Shown: positions 45,001 through 53,581 of the stretch, in pieces | How positions within the stretch are numbered: the first letter of the stretch is position 1 | Layout: every line of letters starts with the position of its first letter | Origin: Eledone cirrhosa | Taxonomy: Eukaryota | Assembly (NCBI GenBank): GCA_964016885.1 | Contig: OZ024744.1 | Coordinates: forward strand, 116,436,001-116,500,000 | DNA: 64,000 bases | Direction of reading: 5' to 3' | The notes under the pieces: generated by a model | The model's database searches: none | The model's input: the letters and a program-made list of their open reading frames with translations, nothing else | What the model was told of the DNA's origin: nothing | Translations under genes and position numbers: made by a program

Positions 45001-46220
45001 TTTTACTGGTGTCAGTCATTAGACTGTGGCCATACTGGGGTACTACCTAGATATAGTCTACCATATCAACCTCAGTTCGGTTTTACTGTTGTCCGGCATT
45101 AGACTGTGGCCATACTGGGGCACTAGCTTGATGTAATCTACCATATCAATCTCACTACAGTTTTACTGGTGTCAGTCATTAGACTGGGGCCATACTGTGG
45201 CACCACTTTGATATAGTCTACCATATCAACTTCAGTACTGTTTTACTGGTGTCAGTCATTAGACTGTGGCCATACTGGGGCACTACCTTGATACAGTCTA
45301 CCATATCAACCTCAGTACTGTTTTACATCTGTCAGTCACTAGACTGTGGCCATACTGGGGCACTACCTTGATATAGTCTACTATATCAACCTCAGTACTG
45401 TTTTACTGGTGTCAGTCATTAGACTGTGGCCATACTGCGGCACTACCTTGATATAGTCTACCATATCAACCTCAGTACTGTTTTACTGGTGTCAGTCATT
45501 AGACTGCGGCCATACTGGGGCACTACCTTGATATAGTCTACCATATCATCCTCAGTACAGTTTTACTGGTGTCAGTCATTAGAGTGTGGCCATACTGGGG
45601 CACCAGCTTGATATAGTCTACCATATCAACCTCACTACTGTTTACTGGTGTCAGTTATTAGACTGTGGGCATACTGAGGTACTACCTTGATATAGTCTAC
45701 CATATCAACCTCGGTTCAGTTTTACTGGTGTCATTCATTAGACTGTGGCCATACTGGGGCACTACCTTGATATAGTCTACCATATCAACCTCACTACTGT
45801 TTTACTGGTGTCAGTCATTGGACTGTGGCCATACTGGGGCACTACCTTGACATAGTCTACCATATCAACCTCAGTACTGTTTTACTGGTGTCAGTCATTA
45901 GACTGTGGCCATACTGGAGCACTACTTTGACATAGTCTACCATATCAACCTCAGTACTGTTTTACTGGTGTCAGTCATTAGAGTGTGGCCATACTGGAGC
46001 ACTACCTTGACATAGTCTACCATATCAACCTCAGTACTGCCTTACTGATTTCAGTCGTTAGACTGTGTCTATGCTGGGGCACTAAAGTGATTTAAAGCTT
46101 TCAGTAATGACACTGTCGCCATACTGGGGCACTACACTGTTTTACTGCTTTCACTCATTATACTGTGACCATACTGGGGCACTAGACTGTTTTACTGCTT
46201 TCAGCCATTAGACTGTGGCA
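1..46220. repeat. 80-bp satellite DNA array (~575 monomers), open at the left window edge
   Basis: Head-to-tail monomer GTTTTACTGGTGTCAGTCATTAGACTGTGGCCATACTGGGGCACTACCTTGATATAGTCTACCATATCAACCTCA(G/C)TACT in one orientation, usually with 0-4 substitutions per copy. Occasional 73-, 79- and 81-bp variants occur. Canonical to ~46040, degenerate 46041-46220. Confidence 0.99.
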
Positions 46221-46372
46221 CCTAATTTCCTTAACCCTTTAGCATTTAAACCGGCCGCATCTAGCTAGAATTCTCTCACCTCTTTTTGTTCAAACTGGCC
46301 ACTTATACTGATGTTAAGGTACTGTTCCTAAAATAAATAATATCAAAATAAATAATATCAAAATCTCATAGA

Positions 46373-46528
46373 AGGTTGGACTCCATGCTTTCTAGCATAG
46401 TTACATCCCTTTACAGTTTGAGTTCAAATCCCGCCATGGTTAACTTTGCCTTTCATCCTTACGGGGTCGATAAAATAAAGTACCAGTAATGCACTGGGTA
46501 ATTGCTGGCCTTGTGCCTAAAGTAGAAA
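46373..46528 (+). mobile_element. 5'-truncated tRNA-derived SINE fragment
   Basis: B-box-like GAGTTCAAATCC (46420-31) is followed by GCCTTTCATCCTTACGGGGTCGATAAAATAAAGTACCAG, which resembles the Deu/Nin-type SINE central domain (recognised from memory). CATAGA flanks it at 46367-72 and 46529-34 as a candidate TSD. Confidence 0.7.
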
Positions 46529-46540
46529 CATAGATTTGAT

Positions 46541-47374
46541 ATTATGTGAGATAATTATGTTAGGTAAAGCATTTACTGTGAAAATACAATAGTATATATA
46601 GAGTAATGTAAATGTTATGTGAGGTAATTATGTGAGGTAAAGTCTTTACTGTGAAAATACAATAGTATATATAGAGTAATGTAAATGTTATGTGAGATAT
46701 TATGTAAGGTAAAGCCTTTACTGTGAAAATACAATAGTATATATAGAGTAATGTAAATGTTATGTGAGATATTATGTGAGGTAAAGCCTTTACTGTGAAA
46801 ATACAATAGTATATATAGAGTAATGTAAATGTTATGTGAGATATTATGTAAGGTAAAGCCTTTACTGTGAAAATACAATAGTATATATAGAGTAATGTAA
46901 ATGTTATGTGAGATATTATGTGAGGTAAAGACTTTACTGTGAAAATACAATAGTATATATAGAGTAATGTAAATGTTATGTGAGCTATTATGTGAGGTAA
47001 AGTCTTTACTGTGAAAATACAATAGTATATATAGAGTAATGTAAATGTTATGTGAGGTAAAGCCTTTACTGTGACAATACAATAGTATATATAGAGTAAT
47101 GTAAATGTAATGTGAGATATTATGTGAGATAAAGCCTTTACTGGAAAATACAATAGTATATATAGAGTAATGTAAATCTTATGTGAGGTAATTATGTGAG
47201 GTAAAGACTTTACTGTGAAAATACAATAGTATATATAGAGTAATATAAATGTTATGTGAGGTAATTATGTGAGGTAAAGCTTTTACTGTGAAAATACAAT
47301 AGTATATATAGAGTAATGTAAATGTTATGTGAGGTAAAGCCTTTACTGTGACAATACAATAGTATATATAGAGT
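46541..47374. repeat. 72-bp AT-rich tandem array, left arm (~12 copies)
   Basis: Unit TATGTGAGATATTATGTGAGGTAAAGCCTTTACTGTGAAAATACAATAGTATATATAGAGTAATGTAAATGT, with 60- and 73-bp variants. It explains the 24-aa periodic ORFs in the track. Confidence 0.97.
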
Positions 47375-47380
47375 GGTTTC

Positions 47381-47386
47381 TTTATT
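47381..47386 (-). promoter_or_regulatory. Polyadenylation signal AATAAA at the retrotransposon 3' end
   Basis: TTTATT on + lies 6 nt from the junction with the 72-bp array. No poly(A) tail follows. Confidence 0.6.
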
Positions 47387-47611
47387 TGCCACTAGGGCAC
47401 AAAAGGTAGGGACAGATACAAGGGGGGAAGTTTACATATAATTAACGAGTACAAAAATATAACAATGAAATAACAACAACAAACGAAGTCCTCAATAGGG
47501 AGGGGGCATTAACATGGGTCGCACACACCCCGGAAAAAATGTGCAACCCTTCTCCTCAGGAGCACAAAGAGTAGGTGCTTCCCTCGTCTCCTCTTTTTCC
47601 TCTTCTTTCAC

Positions 47612-47893
47612 CTACAGGCTGATATAGAGAGAAGACCCATTCACTCTGGCCATTCTCCCTACTTTCACCCACCTTTCATAAAACTTGCTGGGGTAGAGCA
47701 CCTCTCTCTCCATTCTGATCCTTCTTTTAAAATGGTATTTGAAAAAGGGGACCAGTTGTTGGCCGGAGAGAAAGGTGTCTGACCTCAGCCCTTTCAGCCT
47801 CGTCCACCATACAACTTCTTTAGCCATGGCTACCACACAGAGAAAAACCGCCTCTCCTTCGTTTTTGAAAACGGGAGACGGTTTGATCGTGAC
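47612..47893 (-). pseudogene. Out-of-frame C-terminal continuation of ORF2
   Basis: The alternate frame reads VTIKPSPVFKNEGEAVFLCVVAMAKEVVWWTRLK...SL*, matching the AKxxIWxxR-type motif found after the zinc finger in Tx1/L1 ORF2. One added base at ~47894 (TCC AT- GTC) would join it to ORF2. Confidence 0.75.
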
Positions 47894-50800
47894 ATGGACT
47901 CGGTGGTCAACCGGATTGGTCCCACCCTCGACAGTAGTCGTTCCACATAGCCCCACAGGTCAGCAATGCCTGGGCAGTGTACGAATGCGTGCGCAACGGT
48001 TTCGTCATCATGCACGCATCTCGGACAGATCTTATTCAAAGGATCTCTACCCAGGCTCCCATGCCTGTGGAGCCTGTCTCGAACGGGTAGAGCCCCTCGG
48101 TAGCACTGCCAAGCCAGGGACTTTTGGAAGTTGTCCATCGGTCCAGGGCCAAACGTCCTACCGAACAGACTGGCCAGTTCATCTTCCTCCATGCCTAGAG
48201 CTTCTCCGAGAGCATCGTCGCACCTGCTGCGTACCAACCCTCTATAGAATGTCGAGGTGGAGTCTCCACTGATTGCCGGGTCCGCTTTCCAGAGGGCCGT
48301 GAGCGCCTGGGCACATTCAATGTGCCAGTCGCCCACTTTTCTCGGTCTTTGCTTGACCCAGGATTGCAGCTCGGTGAGCGAGACGAGTCTGGAAAAGGCT
48401 CGCCTCACAAACGGGGCCCACACCGGTTGACCGGTGAGGAATACCTGGAGGTGCCGTAGCCTTAATGCGTGTTTACGCATCTGTAGCCACGGCATCCCCA
48501 GCCCTCCTTTCGAAGGGTGTTGACAGCAGATGGATCTCCTCACCAAAGGGGTCCGCTTGTTCCAAAGAAATTGGAACAGCGCGCACTCCATTTTGGCGAG
48601 TCTTTTCACTGGGCAAGGCACGACGGTCAAGCGGTAGTAGATGACGGATGCTATATAAGTATTCGCCACCTCCGCTCGACCTTTCAGGGATAGTTTGCAC
48701 TGGGCCCACTTCTGGGTGAGTGCAAACACCCTGGCCGTTACCTCGTTCCAGTTTTTCTCCACCTGGAGGTCTGGTCCGAACCAGACCCCAAGCAGCTTCA
48801 CCGGGCCCTCCGTCCAGCGTCCGACGACGTCGTTGGAGGGCATCGGTTTGCCTCTCCATGTTCCGAGTTGCAAACCGACGGACTTGTCCCGGTTCAGCTT
48901 GGCTCCTGTAAACCTTTCATATTCCTCCAGTAAGGTGCCGATCTCACCGATTTGCGAGGTTTTCGACACCATTACTGTCACGTCATCGGCGTAGGCCGAC
49001 GCCGCTTTCTGCAATCCCGGTTCCAAAGGGATGCCCTGCAACCGCTCCAACTTCCGCAGTAGTGGCTCAAGAGCCAGCACATACAGTAGGGAGGAGAGAG
49101 GGCATCCCTGTCGGATGGATCGCATGATTTGGAACGGCTCCGAGAGGTGGCCGTTCACCTTGACCCTTGAGCAGACGTTGCTGCTGTGCATCGCAGCAAT
49201 CCAACCCCTGAAAACGGGTCCGAAGCCTGCCGCCGCGAGCACCGCATCCAGGTAACGATGGTCAACCCTATCGAAAGCTTTAGATTGATCCAAGTTGATC
49301 AGGGCCCCACCAAAGCCGGGTTCATTCCCTACCCTCTCTATGATGTATCGCATAAGGTGGAGATTGTCGTGAATGGACCTGGACGGGATTGCGCATGTCT
49401 GCGCTTCTCCCACCAGGTTTCCAACGACAAGCGCCAACCTCTTTGCTAACACCTTGGCCAAAATCTTTAACTCTGTATTTAGCAGAGTTATGGGCCTGAA
49501 GTTACTTATGTCATCCCCCTTGTTCTCATCCTTCCTCACCAGCGTAACTACGCCCTTGGTCACAGAACTGGGAATTCTCCCGTTCTGCTGCCAGTTGCAG
49601 TAGACCGCTTCGAGGATATCGGAGAACAAGTCCGGCATCGCTACATATAGCTCGTATGGTAGACCATCGAGACCCGGGGATTTGCGTTTGCCGCATTGGC
49701 TCAGCGCCGCCCCTATCTCAGCAGCTGAAATCGTCCTTTCGCAGGACTTCGCCTCCGCGTCCGAGAGGCGCGGCAGACCGTCGAGGTATGGATTGAAATC
49801 CATAGTCTCACCCGGCGCGCCGCCCCTCTCGAACAGTCGTGCAAAGTGCCGCTGAAAGGCCGCACACATCTGCCCAGGTTCAAGGATCACACGCCCATCC
49901 TGGTCCTTCAAAGACCGAATCGTGGACTTGTTCCCACTTTTTGCCTCTGTCACTCGGGCCCAGCTCACAGCTTTGGCTCCCTCATTACCCAGAGCACGTA
50001 TTTTACTCCTGACAACGCAGCCTTCATGCTTCACCTCAAAGAACTGGTCTAAGGCCATTCTTGATGCCAGCACGCCGGCTACATTGCCACTCCTAATCGC
50101 CTCTTCTACTCTATCTACTAATTCCCTTTCCGTCTTGTTCCTATCCCTTGCTAATTCCTGACTAAAACCTATCGATTCTATTCTAATTGCTCTCTTAAGA
50201 GAGCTCCACCACCTGTTGTTGACAATTGCCCCTGTCAAACTCTGCTTAACTAACGTGCTAATCCGTTTACTGTAAGCTTTGCTTCTCGGTAAGGACAAGT
50301 TCAGCTTCCAGTAACCGGGTCCCTGTCTATGGGTTCTATCAAGGTTGGCTATGCAGGTCACTAACTTGTGATCCGAATAGTCAACCATGAACATTTTTGG
50401 ACAGCTAAATGTGTCCCTATCGTTCTCTCTAACTAGGACCCTATCTAGGTACGACCTAGATGTTCCACTGCGATTGGTCCACGTCCATAGTGGTACAGTC
50501 GGAAAATCTAGTCGATATCTATCGGCCAGGTCAAATCGGCCGATTAACCTTTTGAGGCTTTTACACCCCCCTCTATTGGCACATGCCCCTACATAGTCCC
50601 AACGTGCATCCAGGATACCATTCCAGTCCCCCACTAAAAGCAAGGAGCGGGACGTTCCCAGAAAAGTTTCCAGACGTTGGAAGTATTCCGGCCGCGCTGC
50701 CCAAAAAGGGGCGTACACAGCTATTAGTCTAAGGGCTCCACTTTCACTACTGCCGACGTCTAAAACCACCAGTCGACCCTCCGGGTCCAGGTGCACCTTC

Positions 50801-51048
50801 TGTATGGCGAGGCCCAGGTGTTTTCGCAGCAGAACGACAACTCCACCCCCACCCTCCGGTTGACAGAGAGATGCGAAGATCTCAAAGTCGTCGAAGAGGG
50901 GCGCCAGTTGGTGCTCGCTGCTGATCCTGGACTCGCAAATAGCCATTACATCCATTCTATGCGACCTGAGATCGTTTAAAAGTTTGCCTTGTTTCCAAGA
51001 CAGTCCCAGGCCGCGTACATTTAGACACCCAACTCTTATATCAGCCAT
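47830..51048 (-). CDS. ORF2: APE endonuclease - reverse transcriptase - C-terminal zinc finger (Tx1-like), C-terminus frameshifted
   Basis: APE motifs CLNVRGL, ICESR, VYAP, VGDWN, YLDRVLV, SDHK and linker GYWKLN. RT motifs SPGLDG, NFRPITLLNTELKILAKVLAKRL, LDQSKAFDRVDH, IRQGCPLS, YADD. Zinc finger CPRC...ETVAHAFVHC. 1072 aa. Confidence 0.95.
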   Translation of the reverse strand: MADIRVGCLNVRGLGLSWKQGKLLNDLRSHRMDVMAICESRISSEHQLAPLFDDFEIFASLCQPEGGGGVVVLLRKHLGLAIQKVHLDPEGRLVVLDVGSSESGALRLIAVYAPFWAARPEYFQRLETFLGTSRSLLLVGDWNGILDARWDYVGACANRGGCKSLKRLIGRFDLADRYRLDFPTVPLWTWTNRSGTSRSYLDRVLVRENDRDTFSCPKMFMVDYSDHKLVTCIANLDRTHRQGPGYWKLNLSLPRSKAYSKRISTLVKQSLTGAIVNNRWWSSLKRAIRIESIGFSQELARDRNKTERELVDRVEEAIRSGNVAGVLASRMALDQFFEVKHEGCVVRSKIRALGNEGAKAVSWARVTEAKSGNKSTIRSLKDQDGRVILEPGQMCAAFQRHFARLFERGGAPGETMDFNPYLDGLPRLSDAEAKSCERTISAAEIGAALSQCGKRKSPGLDGLPYELYVAMPDLFSDILEAVYCNWQQNGRIPSSVTKGVVTLVRKDENKGDDISNFRPITLLNTELKILAKVLAKRLALVVGNLVGEAQTCAIPSRSIHDNLHLMRYIIERVGNEPGFGGALINLDQSKAFDRVDHRYLDAVLAAAGFGPVFRGWIAAMHSSNVCSRVKVNGHLSEPFQIMRSIRQGCPLSSLLYVLALEPLLRKLERLQGIPLEPGLQKAASAYADDVTVMVSKTSQIGEIGTLLEEYERFTGAKLNRDKSVGLQLGTWRGKPMPSNDVVGRWTEGPVKLLGVWFGPDLQVEKNWNEVTARVFALTQKWAQCKLSLKGRAEVANTYIASVIYYRLTVVPCPVKRLAKMECALFQFLWNKRTPLVRRSICCQHPSKGGLGMPWLQMRKHALRLRHLQVFLTGQPVWAPFVRRAFSRLVSLTELQSWVKQRPRKVGDWHIECAQALTALWKADPAISGDSTSTFYRGLVRSRCDDALGEALGMEEDELASLFGRTFGPGPMDNFQKSLAWQCYRGALPVRDRLHRHGSLGRDPLNKICPRCVHDDETVAHAFVHCPGIADLWGYVERLLSRVGPIRLTTESMSRSNRLPFSKTKERRFFSVW

Positions 51049-51069
51049 GTTGGTTAAAAGAGGAAGGAC

Positions 51070-52440
51070 CTACCTGTTCGGCTCCTGAGGAGCAGGTTGC
51101 ACAATATCCATGGGCGTATTGGAGGGGCTGTTTGGTGGGGTGTTGTTCTGTGGTGGAGTGGGGGTGTTTGGTGAGGTGTGGGTGGGGAAACGTTTCAAGA
51201 GGACACGGTTATAGGGTCGAGTACATGTTTTCCCCACGTCCTCAGGAAAGTTCTCTCTTAGTTTTGCATAGGTGTCCATTGGGAGTCTTATCATTTTTAA
51301 ATGCGGTTTGTTGGCCGCGCTTGCAAAGAATTGCCCTTCAGTTTCCACCAAAGGGTCTTTGTGTATTGTTTTTACTAGTTCTTTGTTATTTGTGTTAATG
51401 TATGTATACTGTTTTATTTGTGTTGTGTTTGTTTGTTGTTCTTGTGTGTGCTTACGTTTTGTTGTATGTGTTATGTTTTGGGGTGGGGCGGATTTTGTTT
51501 GTTCTGTTTGTTTTGTTTTTGTTGGTGGTTGTGTGTTTGTTTCGTTTATGTTCGAGTGGTGCTTTCTTTTTTTCCTTTTTACAGGTTGGAAGGGTTCCCC
51601 CTCTTCGTCACTAGGTGCCGTTTCCGCTGGGTCCTCGTCCGTGCTGTCGGGTAGTGGTGTATTTTGGGGTTTTGTTGTATTTGTGTGTGTTTTGGGAGTT
51701 GTTTTGGGTGGGGCCGTGTCTTGTGTTATTTTTCCGTGTTGTTTTTGTTGTTGTTGTGGTGGTGGTGGTGGTGGCGGTGGTGGTGTGTGGGGTGTAGGCA
51801 AAAGAGCCTTTTTTTTTGTCAATTGAGGACAAGCAGCCCTTAGATGACCCCTGCTTGAACAGTAGTAACATATGGGCCTCCTACCCTCGGCTGAAATATA
51901 TATAAATGTTTCTCCATCGAGGGACACCCTCTGTGGTATTCTAGCTATTCGTTCTGGTCTCATTTGGACCAGAACCTCCACGCTCAAACCGCCGAAAACG
52001 TCTGTGGTGACTTCTCCTACTGAAAGGATTCCGTCCTCGTCTTCTAAAAATCCTGTTAGTACCCAGGAAATGCATGCATTTGGCCGGATTCCGGAAACCC
52101 TTATCTTCTGCGTTCTTTTCCCTAAATATGTGGGGAAAAATGTATGTAGCTTTGAAACAATTGGCGCCACAGAGTATTTCCTGGCCGTCAATTGATCCTT
52201 CATTAGGACCGTTATATTCCCATAGAGTGGCCCTTTTTGTATGAACGATATATCACTCCACACATTTTTTAGGACCAGCTCAATCTCTTTTTGGGATAAT
52301 TGAGTTGGTTTCCTTGTTATGTTGGAAATTGTTCTGAAAGATATCGTTCTTAGCGTCGTGTCTCTTTTGATTTCTTGTGGGGAGGTGATTGTGAAGTCTC
52401 CTCCTTCTTCGAAAGTTACATACTGTTTCGCTTCCTTCAT
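51070..52440 (-). CDS. ORF1: gag-like nucleic-acid-binding protein with zinc knuckle
   Basis: Contains CYYCSSRGHLRAAC (CX2CX4HX4C), a Pro/Gln/Thr-rich region and basic KRKKRK, directly upstream of ORF2. The frame is open upstream of the called ATG back to a TAG at 52575-73 and includes SFAQAVRK. Confidence 0.9.
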   Translation of the reverse strand: MKEAKQYVTFEEGGDFTITSPQEIKRDTTLRTISFRTISNITRKPTQLSQKEIELVLKNVWSDISFIQKGPLYGNITVLMKDQLTARKYSVAPIVSKLHTFFPTYLGKRTQKIRVSGIRPNACISWVLTGFLEDEDGILSVGEVTTDVFGGLSVEVLVQMRPERIARIPQRVSLDGETFIYISAEGRRPICYYCSSRGHLRAACPQLTKKKALLPTPHTPPPPPPPPPQQQQKQHGKITQDTAPPKTTPKTHTNTTKPQNTPLPDSTDEDPAETAPSDEEGEPFQPVKRKKRKHHSNINETNTQPPTKTKQTEQTKSAPPQNITHTTKRKHTQEQQTNTTQIKQYTYINTNNKELVKTIHKDPLVETEGQFFASAANKPHLKMIRLPMDTYAKLRENFPEDVGKTCTRPYNRVLLKRFPTHTSPNTPTPPQNNTPPNSPSNTPMDIVQPAPQEPNR

Positions 52441-52448
52441 CTTTTCTC

Positions 52449-52790
52449 TCAGAGTTGTAATGTCCAGTTGCTTGCAGGTTTGTGTTTTCCGGACCGCCTG
52501 TGCAAAGGAGGCACCAGTAGTGGGTTCGCTTTGTTTGGTGTTATCGTTATTTTTCCTTGGTTGGTGTTGTGACTATTGCTGTTATTGTCGTTGTTGTTTT
52601 TGTCTGCGTTTATGTGACTTTCTGGGTTTTCACCCATTTTTACAAATTTTTCTTTTAATTCCGTGTTCCATATTTCTTTTGCAGAAGTGAGGAGGGAAGA
52701 CTTAGAGCCTTGTGCTTCTAGCTTCTCTGTATCACCTTTCTTAGGGGGCGTGGCTTTCACGTTAGGATGAGATGTGAAAATTCCGTCCAT
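52449..52790 (-). pseudogene. Probable frameshifted N-terminus of ORF1 (MDGIFTSHPN...)
   Basis: The ATG at 52790 opens a frame overlapping the ATG-less upstream extension of the ORF1 frame. A single -1 shift between ~52572 and ~52520 would fuse the two. Confidence 0.55.
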
Positions 52791-53001
52791 TTCTATTAGT
52801 TTGCCGTAATAAGTTTTTAACTGGAAAATTCGCCCCAAAAAGGGGCGAAAATAAATAAACTCAAAGTTTGACGACCAAGGCAAGGGGTTAACGTATATTA
52901 CAGTATAAAAAAAATTAATCAAAACTCACTTTTGAGTAAGTAAATCCGACTCGGTAGCCGAGCTTGTTCACACACGTCAACACACGTCTCTCGTATACGA
53001 G

Positions 53002-53581
53002 ATGTTATGTGAGATATTATGTGAAGTAAAGCCTTTACTGTGAAAATACAATAGTATATATAGAGTAATGTAAATGTTATGTGAGGTAATTATGTGAGGT
53101 AAAGCCTTTACTGTGAAAATACAATAGTATATATAGAGTAATGTAAATGTTATGTGAGATATTATGTGAGGTAAAGCCTTTACTGTGAAAATACAATAGT
53201 ATATATAGAGTAATGTAAATGTTATGTGAGATATTATGTGAGGTAAAGCTTTTACTGTGAAAATACAATAGTATATATAGAGTAATGTAAATGTTATGTG
53301 AGGTATTATGTGAGATAAAGACTTTACTGTGAAAATACAATAGTATATATAGAGTAATGTAAATGTTATGTGAGATATTATGTGAGATAAAGACTTTACT
53401 GTGAAAATACAATAGTATATATAGAGTAATGTAAATGTTATGTGAGATATTATGTGAGATAAAGACTTTACTGTGAAAATACAATAGTATATATAGAGTA
53501 ATGTAAATGTTATGTGAGATATTATGTGAGGTAAAGCCTTTACTGTGAAAATACAATAGTATATATAGAGTAATGTAAATG
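53002..53581. repeat. 72-bp AT-rich tandem array, right arm (~8 copies), running into the right TIR
   Basis: Same unit and orientation as 46541-47374. The last copy ends AGAGTAATGTAAATG and continues directly into CTAAAGGGTTAA. Confidence 0.97.

Larger units (their letters stand above)
47375..53001 (-). mobile_element. Near-full-length Tx1-like (L1 group) non-LTR retrotransposon
   Basis: Order on the minus strand: 5' UTR (~53001-52791), ORF1 with CCHC knuckle, 21-bp spacer, ORF2 APE-RT-ZnF, 3' UTR (47611-47375) ending AATAAAGAAACC. Both flanks are the same 72-bp array. Confidence 0.93.

Noticed and set aside
46560-47153. Periodic hydrophobic ORFs in the 72-bp arrays (also 53077-53556)
   Set aside because: They result from a stop-free 72-bp unit in AT-rich repeat and have non-ATG starts.
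47739-52690. Plus-strand and alternate-frame ORFs overlapping the Tx1-like element
   Set aside because: They are antisense shadows of the real ORFs or low-complexity sequence, with no recognisable domains.
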